Translations under genes and position numbers: made by a program | Notes under the pieces: generated by a model | Seen by the model: only the letters and a program-made list of their open reading frames with translations | Told to the model about the DNA's origin: nothing | Database searches by the model: none | DNA from: Lactobacillaceae bacterium | GTDB taxonomy: Bacteria > Pseudomonadota > Alphaproteobacteria > RF32 > CAG-239 | Assembly (NCBI GenBank): GCA_031271345.1 | Contig: JAISVX010000003.1 | Coordinates: 437,223 to 501,222, forward strand | Length of the DNA stretch: 64,000 nt | Direction of reading: 5' to 3' | Shown: one piece after another, positions 50,638 to 60,882 of the stretch | Position numbering within the stretch: position 1 is the first letter of the stretch | Layout: each line of letters starts with the position of its first letter

Positions 50638-51597
50638 ATGTATTTAAAAGAAAAAACGAAAAGTATCGGGCTGTATTTTGCAAAAAAATTAGCTATACTG
50701 ATAGACTTCAGCGTATTCCTTACCAAAAGGATAAAAACTGACGCGCTAACAAGGGTCGCGGCGTCATTGAGCTACACGTCTCTTCTTGCGATTGTTCCGC
50801 TTTTTGCCATAGGACTTGCAATTTTTGCCGCTTTCCCCATGTTTATGGACGCAAAAGTTCAGCTGCAAGAATTTATCATAAACAACTTTCTTCCCGATAT
50901 GGGAGATGAAATAAGCGGATATTTCAACGATTTTATTAATGCCAGCGCAAAACTGACTACAATCGGCGTGGTTGGTATCGCCATTACCGCCGTTTTGCTT
51001 TTATCAACAATCGAAGGAACGTTTAATTTTCTGTTTAAGGTAACCAAACCGCGACCTATAGCAACAAAATTAACTTTGTACTGGACAATAATCACTTTGG
51101 GACCATTATTAATGGGAGCAGCATTTTCTCTAAGAGGATACATAACCATCAACAAATTTATGTCTGATACTCTGGGCAACGCAACTTTATTGTATTTCAG
51201 CGCTTTAATACCCGCAATGTTAAACACCATCCTGCTTGTCGCCGTATTTATGCTTGTGCCAAACAGAAAGGTAACTCTCTCAAACGCTCTTGCCGGAGCG
51301 GTCACCGCGGTTATTTTATTCGCGGTGCTTCGTTCAGGTTTTGCCAGCGTCCTGTTCAGAGGAACGACGTATAAAACGTTGTACGGAGCTTTGGCAACTG
51401 TGCCAATTCTCCTTGTCTGGCTTTATACATCCTGGGCGGTTGTTCTTTTTGGCGCCGCTGTAACGGCTGCTTTGGAAGAATATAGAGCCAAAGAAAAAGA
51501 GAAGGATATTTCCGCGCACCAGCAAAAATATAACAACAACAGGCATAACAATTATCAAAGAAGAAACAATAACAGACCGCCGAAAAAAAGTTATTAG
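50638..51597 (+). CDS. YihY/BrkB family inner-membrane protein (RNase BN-like); the ORF track lists a TTG start at 50623
   Basis: The ATG at 50638 (MYLKEK) is preferred here. LTRVAASLSYTSLLAIVPLFAI is the YihY signature. There are about 6 TM segments, and the C-terminal tail is rich in Asn, Arg and Gln. Confidence 0.65.
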   Translation: MYLKEKTKSIGLYFAKKLAILIDFSVFLTKRIKTDALTRVAASLSYTSLLAIVPLFAIGLAIFAAFPMFMDAKVQLQEFIINNFLPDMGDEISGYFNDFINASAKLTTIGVVGIAITAVLLLSTIEGTFNFLFKVTKPRPIATKLTLYWTIITLGPLLMGAAFSLRGYITINKFMSDTLGNATLLYFSALIPAMLNTILLVAVFMLVPNRKVTLSNALAGAVTAVILFAVLRSGFASVLFRGTTYKTLYGALATVPILLVWLYTSWAVVLFGAAVTAALEEYRAKEKEKDISAHQQKYNNNRHNNYQRRNNNRPPKKSY

Positions 51598-51627
51598 AAA
51601 AATATAAAAAATAGTTCTTGCAAAAAA

Positions 51628-51642
51628 GAACAAAAGTAGTAC
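51628..51642. promoter_or_regulatory. Candidate LexA (SOS) box upstream of recA
   Basis: GAACAAAAGTAGTAC; its reverse complement is GTAC-N7-GTTC, one mismatch from GTTC-N7-GTTC. It lies 49-63 nt upstream of the recA ATG. Confidence 0.4.
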
Positions 51643-51690
51643 ATTGGGTAATGAATATTGTTTATAAATTTTAACAAAGAGAGTAACTAC

Positions 51691-52716
51691 ATGGAAAAAA
51701 ACAAAGCTTTAGATGCCGCCCTCAGCCAGATTGAGAGAGCTTTCGGCAAAGGTTCTATTATGAGGCTTGGCGAAAATACCCACATGGATATTGAAGCCAT
51801 CTCAACAGGTTCTTTAGGCGTTGACCTCGCTCTGGGAATTGGCGGTCTTCCAAAAGGAAGAATTGTTGAAATATACGGACCCGAGAGTTCTGGTAAAACT
51901 ACTCTCGCTCTAAGCGTGATTGCCCAATCACAGAAGAAAGGCGGCACATGCGCGTTTATTGACGCGGAACATGCTCTCGACCCGTCTTATGCTAAGAAAA
52001 TCGGCGTAGATATTGAAAACCTTTTAATTTCTCAGCCAGACGCAGGCGAACAGGCTTTGGAAATTGCCGACACATTGGTACGCTCTGGAGCAATCGATGT
52101 TCTTGTTATCGACTCTGTCGCGGCGTTGGTTCCGAAAGCGGAGCTTGAGGGCGAAATGGGCGACAGCCACATGGGTTTGCAGGCAAGATTGATGTCTCAG
52201 GCTTTAAGAAAGCTTACATCTACGGTATCACGTTCAAACACCATGATTATATTCATTAACCAAATTCGTATGAAAATAGGCATTATGTTTGGAAGCCCGG
52301 AGACTACTACAGGCGGTAATGCGCTTAAGTTTTATGCTTCTGTCCGTATCGACATTAGAAGAACAGGTTCAATCAAAGACAAAGAGAACGTAATCGGCAA
52401 CCAGACAAGAGTCAAAATTGTTAAAAACAAAGTTGCTCCTCCGTTCAAAGTCGTTGATTTTGACATTATGTACGGAGAAGGCATTTCAAAGAACGGCGAG
52501 TTAATCGACCTTGGCGTAAAAGCAGGCATTGTTGAGAAAGCCGGAGCATGGTTCTCTTATAACGGCGATAAACTGGGTCAAGGACGCGAAAATGCAAAAA
52601 TCTTCTTAAAAGAAAACCCTCAGATTGCGGACGAGATTGAACAAAAAATCCGCGCTGACGCAGGGCATATTTCAATTGATATGATTGGAGAAAACGAAGA
52701 AGCTGGAGAAGATTAG
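51691..52716 (+). CDS. recA: Recombinase A
   Basis: Start at the ATG at 51691 ([24 protein letters not shown]). GPESSGKTT is the Walker A motif. Confidence 0.95.
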   Translation: MEKNKALDAALSQIERAFGKGSIMRLGENTHMDIEAISTGSLGVDLALGIGGLPKGRIVEIYGPESSGKTTLALSVIAQSQKKGGTCAFIDAEHALDPSYAKKIGVDIENLLISQPDAGEQALEIADTLVRSGAIDVLVIDSVAALVPKAELEGEMGDSHMGLQARLMSQALRKLTSTVSRSNTMIIFINQIRMKIGIMFGSPETTTGGNALKFYASVRIDIRRTGSIKDKENVIGNQTRVKIVKNKVAPPFKVVDFDIMYGEGISKNGELIDLGVKAGIVEKAGAWFSYNGDKLGQGRENAKIFLKENPQIADEIEQKIRADAGHISIDMIGENEEAGED

Positions 52717-52736
52717 AATTTCTTCTTAAAACTCTT

Positions 52737-52770
52737 AAAGCCCTCATTTTGAGGGCTTTTCTTTTTTATT
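52737..52770 (+). terminator. Rho-independent terminator of recA
   Basis: aaagccctca/tttt/gagggcttt hairpin followed by a T-run. Confidence 0.55.
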
Positions 52771-52809
52771 ATATTTATTATAATAAAAAAACGAAAGAAA
52801 GGATTTATC

Positions 52810-53136
52810 ATGTTAAAAAGCATTAATGATTCAAATTTACCTGTACGGTCCCCGGATGAAAATACAAAAATCACACAGGTCTTTTCTGACGCTGACGCCG
52901 AGATGAGTTTTGTGAAAATAGAATGTTCAGGCGACCACGGCATTTCTTCAAACCGCAGCGGCGATAGAATCTATTATGTTCTTGAAGGCAGCGGGGAAGT
53001 TTATTTCGATAACGACTGGCATTCCGTAAAACCTGGCGATTGCGCTTATATCCGCAAAGGTCGCTCTTGTTCCATAAGAGGAAAACTAAAAGGTCTGATT
53101 ATCAATTCGCCGCCATTTAACCCCAAATCCGATTAA
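52810..53136 (+). CDS. Cupin-domain small protein
   Basis: 108 aa. IYYVLEGSGEVYFDNDWHSVKPGDCAYI fits the cupin_2 G-x5-H-x-H/E...G-x5-P-x-G topology. An AAAGGA ribosome-binding site is present. Confidence 0.55.
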   Translation: MLKSINDSNLPVRSPDENTKITQVFSDADAEMSFVKIECSGDHGISSNRSGDRIYYVLEGSGEVYFDNDWHSVKPGDCAYIRKGRSCSIRGKLKGLIINSPPFNPKSD

Positions 53137-53160
53137 GCTTAATTAGAATGAAAATAAACA

Positions 53161-53198
53161 AAAAAATGAGTCCTCAATAAGGGACTCATTATTTCAGT
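53161..53198. terminator. Bidirectional terminator between the cupin gene and hupB
   Basis: aatgagtcc/tcaataag/ggactcatt hairpin with an A-run before. Confidence 0.45.
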
Positions 53199-53241
53199 AA
53201 AATAAACAAAACAAAGGAGTTTTCACCCCTTAGTTAATGAA

Positions 53242-53523
53242 TTATTTTTTACCATTAGCTTTTGCTACAAGTTCGCTACCTGGTTTGAATTTAACCACTT
53301 TTTTAGCAGCGATTTTAATTGCTTGACCAGTACGTGGGTTACGACCAGTAGTAGCTTTGCGTTGAGATACACCAAATGTACCGAAGCCAACTAAACGAAC
53401 TTCGCCACCTTTAGCAACAACTTCTGAAACAGAAGCGATGAATGCGTCTAAAGCCTTAGAAGAATCTGTCTTTGTAAGGCCAGTCTTGCTAGCAATGCTA
53501 GAAATAAGTTCACTTTTATTCAC
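53242..53523 (-). CDS. hupB: DNA-binding protein HU
   Basis: GTG start at 53523, with a GGAG ribosome-binding site. The 93-aa sequence begins (M)NKSELISSIASKTGLTKTDSSKALDAFIASV. The arm motif RNPRTGQAIKI is present. Confidence 0.85.
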   Translation of the reverse strand: MNKSELISSIASKTGLTKTDSSKALDAFIASVSEVVAKGGEVRLVGFGTFGVSQRKATTGRNPRTGQAIKIAAKKVVKFKPGSELVAKANGKK

Positions 53524-53586
53524 TGTGAGGACTCCCTCTAATAAATTGTTACAAATAATGATCCCACTAAATGCGACCATGAGTAA

Positions 53587-53615
53587 ATTTAACCGCCTAT
53601 TTTCTTATAAGTCAA
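53587..53615 (-). promoter_or_regulatory. Sigma70-like promoter of hupB
   Basis: On the minus strand, TTGACT (plus-strand 53610-53615), a 17-nt spacer, then TTAAAT (53587-53592). Confidence 0.4.
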
Positions 53616-53977
53616 ACAAAATAAACAACTTCCACAAGTTTTTTGCATTTTTGGAAGAAAAAAAGACATATTTTGGCTTTTTCCACTGTTTTTTCGCGAA
53701 GAATCAAAGCAGACACCATTTTCGGAGGATTCGTGAGTCGATTCTGCAATCTTAAAAATGCAATAAAGAATTTACATTAAAGAGAATCTTATCTACTACT
53801 CCTTCGCCAAAGACCCGGGAATTTAATGCTTATCTGCTCGGCTTATTTCTATAAATCCCAGATAATCAGCGTAGAACAGCCCGTAATGAAAAAGATTTTC
53901 GAGTTTATGAACGGCAAAAAATGTACATTATCTTTTACCCAGAGGCTGCCCTGGTTACAATTCCTGTTAAACAACAC

Positions 53978-54001
53978 AAAGCCTCTCTTACGAGAGGCTT
54001 T
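53978..54001. terminator. Rho-independent terminator downstream of lon
   Basis: aaagcctctc/ttac/gagaggcttt perfect 10-bp stem flanked by T-rich sequence on both strands. Confidence 0.5.
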
Positions 54002-54007
54002 GTTTAT

Positions 54008-56338
54008 TTATTTTATTGGTTTTGTTTTCTTGCTCAAAGCAATTTTCAACACTTCGGTCGCTTCAGACACAGGAACAATCCTAAGCCCTTCAAGAACATT
54101 TTTAGGAATTTCAACCAAGTCTTTTTCATTATCTTTAGGGATAATAACGGTTTTAATGCCTCCTCTTAAAGCGGAAAGAAGTTTTTCCTTCAACCCTCCG
54201 ATTGGAAGAACCCTTCCCTGAAGCGTTATCTCGCCGGTCATCGCGACATCTCTGCGAACGGGTATCTTCGTTAATGCGGAAACAATAGTCGTATACATCG
54301 CAATACCGGCGGAAGGTCCGTCTTTTGGAGTAGCGCCCTCGGGAACGTGAATGTGTATGTCTGTTTTTTCAAAAATATCTGGTTTCAGCCCAAGCTCTTT
54401 ACTATGCGCCCGAACAACCGAATATGCCGTATCAATAGACTCTTTCATAACTTCGCCAAGCTTGCCTGTTTGGGTAATCTTGCCTTTTCCAGGCATATCC
54501 ACAGCTTCGATAAACAATATGTCTCCTCCGACCTCTGTCCACGCAAGACCTGTCGTTACGCCAACGTCATCTTTTGCTCCAACCTCTCCAAAATGATATT
54601 TTCTAACGCCTAAAAACTTGTCCAAATTTTTGGCATTTACTTCAACCTTGTCAGACTTGACCTGTTTTAGAAGAATCTCTTTAACCGCCTTACGCGCAAT
54701 TGTCGAAAGCTCTCTTTCCAAACTTCTTACGCCGGCTTCTCTTGTATAATATCTGACTATGCCTAGTATAGCGTCATCGGCAATATAAAGCTCCGTCGGC
54801 TTTACCGCGTTCTCTTTAAATATCTTCGGCAGCAAATGGCGTTTGGCTATTTGAAGCTTTTCATCTTCCGTATAGCCGGAAAGCCTGATTATCTCCATTC
54901 TGTCAAGCAGCGGTCCTGGCATATTTAGAGAGTTTGCAGTCGTTACAAACATAACATCAGACAAATCATAGTCCACTTCAAGATAATGATCATTAAACGT
55001 CGAGTTCTGCTCCGGGTCCAAAACCTCCAGCAATGCTGATGTCGGATCGCCTCTCCAGTCGCTTGACAATTTGTCAATCTCATCAAGCAAAAACAACGGG
55101 TTTGACGTTCCGGCTTTTTTCAAAGATTTTATAATCTTGCCTGGCATAGAACCGACATAAGTTCTTCTGTGTCCCCTAATTTCAGCCTCGTCCCTGACAC
55201 CGCCGAGAGACATTCTGACAAAATTGCGCCCGGTCGCCCGCGCGATTGATTTTCCCAAAGATGTTTTGCCCACTCCCGGAGGACCGACCAAGCACAAAAT
55301 AGGACCTTTAATCTTATCAGCTCTTGCCTGCACGGCTAAATATTCGATAATTCTTTCTTTTACTTTATCCAGACCATAGTGGTCATTTTCTAAAATATCT
55401 TGGGCTTTTGCCAGGTTTTTATTAACTCTTGAGCGTTTTTTCCATGGAATATCAAGAAGATAATCCAAATAATTTCGCACGACTGTCGCCTCGGAAGACA
55501 TTGCGCTCATGCTTTTGAGCTTCTTAACCTCTGCCAGCGCTTTATCTCTGGCTTCTTTAGAAAGCTTGGTCCCTTCAATCTTATTCATATATTCGGAAAT
55601 TTCATTATCTTCGTCGCCGTCGCCAAGCTCTTTCTGAATAGCTTTCATTTGTTCGTTCAGATAATATTCTTTCTGATTTTTCTCCATTTGCTTGCGGACT
55701 CTGGATTTAATCCTGTTTTCCACTTCAAGAAGAGTTATCTCGCCTTCCATAAGCGCCAAGATTTTCTCAAACCTTTCGCTCAAAGATTTTGCTTCCAGCA
55801 GCTCCTGCTTTTCTTCAATTTTAAGCGTCATGTGCGACGCAATTGTATCGGCAAGCTTGCTGTAGTCTTTTATTTGAGATACCGAAACCAAAACCTCAGG
55901 GGGAGTCTTTTTTGAAAGCTTTACATATTCTTCAAATTGAGCGACAACTGTTCTTGATAAGGCTTCCAGCTCTATTAAATCTTCGACAGGCTCCGGCATA
56001 ATCTCTATTGCTGCCTTCATGCAGACATCGTCTTCAAAAAACTCTTCTAATTTTATACGCTCAATGCCTTCGATTAAAACCTTAACAGTTCCGTCCGGAA
56101 GCTTAAGCATCTGCAGCACCGTGCCTAATGTGCCGACATCAAATATATCCTCAGGCTTCGGGTCTTCGGTAGAAGCTTCTTTTTGTGTGACAAGAATTAT
56201 ATTCTCATCATTATCGATAACTTCCTGCAAAGCTTTTATTGATTTTTCTCTTCCAACAAAAAGAGGAACTATCATTTTAGGATATACGACTATATCTCTC
56301 AATGGGAGTATAGGGTATTTTTCTTGTTTTTTTGCCAT
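54008..56338 (-). CDS. lon: ATP-dependent Lon protease
   Basis: 776 aa. It has an N-terminal LON domain ([13 protein letters not shown]), the Walker A motif GPPGVGKTS, and a catalytic Ser in PKDGPSAG. Confidence 0.95.
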   Translation of the reverse strand: MAKKQEKYPILPLRDIVVYPKMIVPLFVGREKSIKALQEVIDNDENIILVTQKEASTEDPKPEDIFDVGTLGTVLQMLKLPDGTVKVLIEGIERIKLEEFFEDDVCMKAAIEIMPEPVEDLIELEALSRTVVAQFEEYVKLSKKTPPEVLVSVSQIKDYSKLADTIASHMTLKIEEKQELLEAKSLSERFEKILALMEGEITLLEVENRIKSRVRKQMEKNQKEYYLNEQMKAIQKELGDGDEDNEISEYMNKIEGTKLSKEARDKALAEVKKLKSMSAMSSEATVVRNYLDYLLDIPWKKRSRVNKNLAKAQDILENDHYGLDKVKERIIEYLAVQARADKIKGPILCLVGPPGVGKTSLGKSIARATGRNFVRMSLGGVRDEAEIRGHRRTYVGSMPGKIIKSLKKAGTSNPLFLLDEIDKLSSDWRGDPTSALLEVLDPEQNSTFNDHYLEVDYDLSDVMFVTTANSLNMPGPLLDRMEIIRLSGYTEDEKLQIAKRHLLPKIFKENAVKPTELYIADDAILGIVRYYTREAGVRSLERELSTIARKAVKEILLKQVKSDKVEVNAKNLDKFLGVRKYHFGEVGAKDDVGVTTGLAWTEVGGDILFIEAVDMPGKGKITQTGKLGEVMKESIDTAYSVVRAHSKELGLKPDIFEKTDIHIHVPEGATPKDGPSAGIAMYTTIVSALTKIPVRRDVAMTGEITLQGRVLPIGGLKEKLLSALRGGIKTVIIPKDNEKDLVEIPKNVLEGLRIVPVSEATEVLKIALSKKTKPIK

Positions 56339-56515
56339 ATTATTTCTTTACCAATATAAAATTTGCTTTCTTTATATATAGGTAATCAATCGACTATCTG
56401 CAATATGTCAAAGCGTTTTTTTAACAATTAGTTTTTTAATATTTCTTCAAATTACATTGCAGATTTAAAAAAATTATATATTATGAGCCATAAGATTAAT
56501 TAAACGGCTCAAATA

Positions 56516-57271
56516 ATGGCAGGAATACTAAAAAAATCGATGAAAAGGATATTAAAATCGCCTCGATTTCTTAAAATCGCGGGGTTTTTAATTTTTTGTT
56601 ATGCAAAACTTGCGTTTGTAACCTGCAAATGGAAATTTGACGGCATTGATAAAATATATGAAGCATGGGATAAAGAAGAAAACATTATAGTTATATCCTG
56701 GCACGGAAGAGTGACGCTTGTGCCTTTTTTAAAAAAGAAAAACTATAAAATCGACGCTCTTGTTTCGTTGCACCATGACGGAATGCTGATGGCAAATTAC
56801 CTTAAGCACTGCGATTTTGGAGTAATCGGAGGATCAAGCAACAGAAAACCTTATGAGGCCGCGTTAAAATTGATGGGAAATATCAAGAAAAACCAGGCTT
56901 CCATAGGCATAATACCCGACGGACCGCAAGGACCCAACATGACCATGACTCCAAGCCCAGTATATTTTGCAAAAAAATCAGGAAAACCTATTTTTGCCGT
57001 AGTATACAGCATGAAAAACGCAAGAATTGTAAAAAAAGCCTGGGATCAAATGCTAATCCCTCCGCTTTTCTCAACAGGAACATTCAAAGCGTTAGGTCCC
57101 TACTATGTGCCGTCAGACATAACCAAAGAAGACATGGAGCAGTATGCAAAAAAAATTGAAAATGATATGAATAAAGCTCTATTAAACATTGACAAAGAGT
57201 ATGGGTTACCTAAAGTTGAAATTGGAAAAGTTTCCAGAAAAAAGCTAAAAAAACAAAAGAAAGAGAATTAA
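56516..57271 (+). CDS. DUF374-type putative lysophospholipid/lipid A acyltransferase; this family is commonly found immediately upstream of waaA
   Basis: 251 aa. It has an N-terminal TM segment, and HGRVTL resembles an acyltransferase HxxxxD-like region. It is 1 nt from the waaA start. Confidence 0.5.
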   Translation: MAGILKKSMKRILKSPRFLKIAGFLIFCYAKLAFVTCKWKFDGIDKIYEAWDKEENIIVISWHGRVTLVPFLKKKNYKIDALVSLHHDGMLMANYLKHCDFGVIGGSSNRKPYEAALKLMGNIKKNQASIGIIPDGPQGPNMTMTPSPVYFAKKSGKPIFAVVYSMKNARIVKKAWDQMLIPPLFSTGTFKALGPYYVPSDITKEDMEQYAKKIENDMNKALLNIDKEYGLPKVEIGKVSRKKLKKQKKEN

Positions 57272-57272
57272 A

Positions 57273-58544
57273 ATGTTCATTCGGATATATAATTTCATGA
57301 TAAGGATACTATATCCTATTGTTATCAGCCGATATATAAAGAAACGCAAACAAAACGGAAAAGAAGATATTGAACGCTTCAATGAGAGAATTGGACGTCC
57401 GAAATTAAAACGCCCGGAAGGAAAACTATTTTGGTTTCACGGCGCTTCCGTGGGCGAGTCCATATCTATGCTTCCATTAATCCACCGAATACTTGAAACA
57501 TATAAAGATTCTCACGTAATGGTAACGACAGGCACCATAACCTCGGCGGAAATTATGAGAAAAAGGCTTCCAGAGAGAGCTTTTCACCAATACATTACCC
57601 TGGATAATCCAGTATTTACCACAAGATTTATAAAACACTGGCAGCCTGACGTCGTATTATGGTTTGAGTCTGATTTCTGGCCGGCAATGTTAAGCAGCAT
57701 AAAAAGAAAAAACATACCATTGGTACTGGTAAACGGCAGAATTTCCAATAAGTCTTTCAAAAGATGGCAGCAGTTTGACTTTGTCAGCAAAGAGATTCTT
57801 TCCTGCTTCACTTTCTGTCTGGGTCAGTCGGAAGAAGACGCGTACAGATTAAGAGTTTTGGGAGCAAAAGACACAACATGCCTGGGAAACATTAAATATG
57901 CGGCGCTGCCTCTTCCCGTTGACGAGGATAAGAAAAAAGAGATAGTAGAGCAGATTGACGGCAGACCTTTCTGGCTTGTCAGCTCAACGCATAATGACGA
58001 AGAATTTAAAATAGCAAGGTTCTTAAAAAGACTGCAGGAAATAAAGCCCGGTCTTTTAACAATGATTGCGCCAAGACACCCTCACCGAGGAGAAGAGATA
58101 AAAGAAAAATTGGTCAAAGACTTTGGTCTAAATGTTTCTCTGCGCTCAAAAAATGAAAAAATAACCAAAGAAACTGACGTATATGTTGCCGATACAATCG
58201 GAGAACTTGGAATATGGTACAGCATAGCCGACCTGGTATTTATCGGCGGCTCCCTAATACCTCACGGAGGGCAAAACTTCATGGAGCCTGCGAGAGACAG
58301 AGCCGCTGTTGTCGTCGGTCCGCACATGTTCAATTTCAATGACGCGATGAGCAGAGCAAAAAAAGCAGATGCGGTAATACAGGTTAATGATGTCATAGAC
58401 CTGGAGGACGAGATTATCAAACTTCTTTCCAACGACGAGCTGCGCGAGGCAAAAGCAAGCCTTGCTCATAACTGGGCTGTGAGCGAAGCAAAAGTTCTCG
58501 ATGGCATAATGAACAAGATTAAAAGTTATTTACCAGAAGAGTAA
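57273..58544 (+). CDS. waaA: 3-deoxy-D-manno-octulosonic acid (Kdo) transferase
   Basis: 423 aa. WFHGASVGE is the conserved WaaA N-terminal motif. The overall fold is GT-B. Confidence 0.85.
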   Translation: MFIRIYNFMIRILYPIVISRYIKKRKQNGKEDIERFNERIGRPKLKRPEGKLFWFHGASVGESISMLPLIHRILETYKDSHVMVTTGTITSAEIMRKRLPERAFHQYITLDNPVFTTRFIKHWQPDVVLWFESDFWPAMLSSIKRKNIPLVLVNGRISNKSFKRWQQFDFVSKEILSCFTFCLGQSEEDAYRLRVLGAKDTTCLGNIKYAALPLPVDEDKKKEIVEQIDGRPFWLVSSTHNDEEFKIARFLKRLQEIKPGLLTMIAPRHPHRGEEIKEKLVKDFGLNVSLRSKNEKITKETDVYVADTIGELGIWYSIADLVFIGGSLIPHGGQNFMEPARDRAAVVVGPHMFNFNDAMSRAKKADAVIQVNDVIDLEDEIIKLLSNDELREAKASLAHNWAVSEAKVLDGIMNKIKSYLPEE

Positions 58545-58549
58545 AAAAA

Positions 58550-59512
58550 GTGAGAACACCAAAATTTTGGAATAATAAAGGTATAATATCAACCTTTTTC
58601 CTTCCTTTAGGATTTATTTATTCTTCAATAACAAGTTTAAGAATGAAGTATATTAGAGGAAACAAGGTAAACGTTCCCGTAATATGCATAGGAAACCTAA
58701 CTGCGGGTGGAACGGGGAAAACTCCTGTCGCCATATCGGTAGCCGAAATTTTACAGGAAAGCAGACTAAATCCGTTTTTCGTATCAAGAGGATATGGAGG
58801 CAAGCTCAAAAGCATCCCTGTCGACAATAAAATACATATCGCCGAAGATGTCGGCGACGAACCGCTGCTCTTATCAAAGCAGGCAAGAGTGATTATTGAT
58901 TCCGACAGATATAAAGCCGCAAAAATAGCCGCGGATATTGGAGCCAATATAATCATTATGGATGATGGCTTTCAAAACCCCTATCTTCGTAAAAATCTTT
59001 CTTTTGTGGTTGTTGACGGAGGATTCGGTTTTGGCAACGAACGCCCGATTCCTGCGGGTCCGATGAGAGAAAACCTTGATAATGGGCTGAAAAGAGCCGA
59101 TGCTGTAATTATAATCGGAAAAGACACAAAACATATTGCCAAAAGAGTCGGAAATATTCCCGTGTTTAAGGGAACGATGAAGCCCGCTCTTAAAACTCTT
59201 AAAGGAAAAAAAGTTATTGCTTTTGCTGGAATCGGAAGACCTCAAAAGTTTTATGACACGCTTCAGTCGTTAGAAGCAAAACTGGTTGAAACAATAGATT
59301 TTCCCGACCATCACAATTATACTAAAGAAGAACTTGAAAAAATAATTCATAAATCCCAGGGTTTAAACGCCAAAGCATATACGACTTCAAAAGATTTCGT
59401 AAAAATACCGCTTGAATTAAGAGAAAATTTTAATGTTTTAGAGATTGAAATTGATTGGGAAAATAAAGAAGAATTCAAAAGCTTTATACTAAACCATATA
59501 AAAATAGCATAA
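58550..59512 (+). CDS. lpxK: Tetraacyldisaccharide 4'-kinase
   Basis: 320 aa. VICIGNLTAGGTGKTP is the P-loop. Confidence 0.85.
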   Translation: MRTPKFWNNKGIISTFFLPLGFIYSSITSLRMKYIRGNKVNVPVICIGNLTAGGTGKTPVAISVAEILQESRLNPFFVSRGYGGKLKSIPVDNKIHIAEDVGDEPLLLSKQARVIIDSDRYKAAKIAADIGANIIIMDDGFQNPYLRKNLSFVVVDGGFGFGNERPIPAGPMRENLDNGLKRADAVIIIGKDTKHIAKRVGNIPVFKGTMKPALKTLKGKKVIAFAGIGRPQKFYDTLQSLEAKLVETIDFPDHHNYTKEELEKIIHKSQGLNAKAYTTSKDFVKIPLELRENFNVLEIEIDWENKEEFKSFILNHIKIA

Positions 59513-59529
59513 CCTGCCATAAATAAAAA

Positions 59530-59562
59530 ACGACCTAGGAACAAAAGCTCCTAGGTCTTACT
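59530..59562 (-). terminator. Hairpin with a T-run on the minus strand only. It would terminate a leftward transcript, not lpxK
   Basis: acctagga/acaaaagc/tcctaggt hairpin. The A7 run at 59524-59530 becomes a T7 run after the hairpin on the minus strand. No T-run follows on the plus strand. Confidence 0.35.
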
Positions 59563-59655
59563 AAGCATTTACTTCCAAAGACAAAGTTATGAACTTGCTA
59601 TAGGGACTAATAAATTCTAAGAAAATAAATACTTAATAGGATGATAATATCACCA

Positions 59656-59689
59656 TGTAACAAAACTGTAAAATTAAAATTTTGTTACA
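59656..59689. promoter_or_regulatory. 10-bp perfect inverted repeat (operator-like) next to a TTGACA hexamer
   Basis: TGTAACAAAA-N14-TTTTGTTACA. A TTGACA hexamer at 59716-59721 follows, with a weak -10-like TACAAA at 59737-59742. Confidence 0.3.
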
Positions 59690-59759
59690 ATTATGTTAAT
59701 CCGCATATATTTTATTTGACAAATAAACTAAAACAGTACAAAATATACACATATTAGAC

Positions 59760-59925
59760 CAAAAAAGACTAGACATACAAAACTATTTATAATATAAACA
59801 GATATATAAAAAGTTTCTTGCTTTCATAAGGCAAGCAGAAGAGGTTCACAAGAAGACTAAAGGTGGACATTACAAATAGGGACGGAGAGAGGAATATCAT
59901 CAGGTATCCTCTCTCTTTTTATTTA
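59760..59925 (+). ncRNA. Candidate small non-coding RNA: an ORF-free transcript ending at a strong intrinsic terminator
   Basis: There is no ATG on the plus strand between 59722 and 59925. An internal hairpin cttgc-tttcataag-gcaag is present. The terminator is ggagagagga/atatcatcaggta/tcctctctc followed by TTTTT at 59884-59921. Confidence 0.25.
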
Positions 59926-60227
59926 TATATCTTTATATCTTGCCAAAAACAAAAAAATCATATAATATTTTTAGACAAATGAATTTTTATTAAATTAAAC
60001 AAAAAAACTTACTTACTAAATAAAATTAAAGTCATGATGAAACGGTTTTTGAAAAATGCCCGAGATTTATCCTCGATTCTAGGAATCGAACCTGTCAGGC
60101 TTGCTCCTCTTCCCCGCTCTGAAAAATTTCTCGACAACGGAAAAACAGTCAGCGGAAAAAGCATTCACGGCAAAAAAGTCTCCAAGCTGAGAACGCCCTA
60201 CAAGTAAGGCGCACGTTTAAAAACAAC

Positions 60228-60262
60228 AAAGGGTGAAACATAAAGTTTCACCCTTAAATTTT
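60228..60262. terminator. Bidirectional rho-independent terminator
   Basis: gggtgaaac/ataa/agtttcaccc hairpin with T-runs on both strands. It lies 17 nt after the stop of the 60279-60881 gene. Confidence 0.5.
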
Positions 60263-60278
60263 TATGCCGGCTCTTTTC

Positions 60279-60881
60279 TTACGCTTCCACAGTTTTTTCT
60301 TCCGCCATTCTTTTCTTTGCCGCGTTCTTATATTCTTTCATGTATTTAGTCATATAGTAAACTTCTTCTTCAGAAAGCTCAAATTTATGATATTTTACAT
60401 TACTCAAAATGCCTATTCTCACTCTCTTTATTTTTTCAACGTCTAAATGCCTAACTTTCTCTTCATAAAAATCGGCAAAATTAAATGTTGTTTTAGTGTC
60501 GGTAGCGCTTTTAATTCTGGTAGGATCCATGCTGACCGCCCTAATATCCATCAAATTAACTTCCTGAATTTCTTTGGTGGCAAAAGAAGCGCTCTCCATT
60601 ATTTTTGACGTATCTAAAAAGAACATTACCGCATTTGAAATTTTTAGCGGAATCCTTCCATTATCTCTCAAGTTTAGACATAATGACGGCAGACCCGTTT
60701 TGGGATTGTCTGTAAAGTATGCGAACTCGAGCTTCAGCCAGTTCTCTACATTATTCTCGCGATATGCTTTATATGACACTATAGCGGAAAAAATACACAG
60801 CAGCATTGTTCCTATTGCCACAAAGGTCTGAGTGACAATGTAAGAAACCTCAAAACTATTCCATAAATAATCTTCAACCAT
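60279..60881 (-). CDS. Hypothetical protein with one N-terminal TM helix
   Basis: 200 aa. The TM helix is VSYIVTQTFVAIGTMLLCIFSAIV. The C-terminal part is hydrophilic and Lys/Glu-rich. The start is 1 nt after the upstream gene's stop. Confidence 0.45.
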   Translation of the reverse strand: MVEDYLWNSFEVSYIVTQTFVAIGTMLLCIFSAIVSYKAYRENNVENWLKLEFAYFTDNPKTGLPSLCLNLRDNGRIPLKISNAVMFFLDTSKIMESASFATKEIQEVNLMDIRAVSMDPTRIKSATDTKTTFNFADFYEEKVRHLDVEKIKRVRIGILSNVKYHKFELSEEEVYYMTKYMKEYKNAAKKRMAEEKTVEA

Positions 60882-60882
60882 C

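Noticed and set aside
53826-54221. 131-aa plus-strand ORF
   Set aside because: It overlaps the lon terminator hairpin and the lon 3' end on the opposite strand. It has no ribosome-binding site and a hydrophobic low-complexity composition typical of antisense ORFs.
60075-60110. tRNA-like T-loop sequence GGAATCGAACCTG
   Set aside because: No acceptor or anticodon stems can be drawn around it, and it lacks a CCA context. It is probably a chance match or an old fragment.
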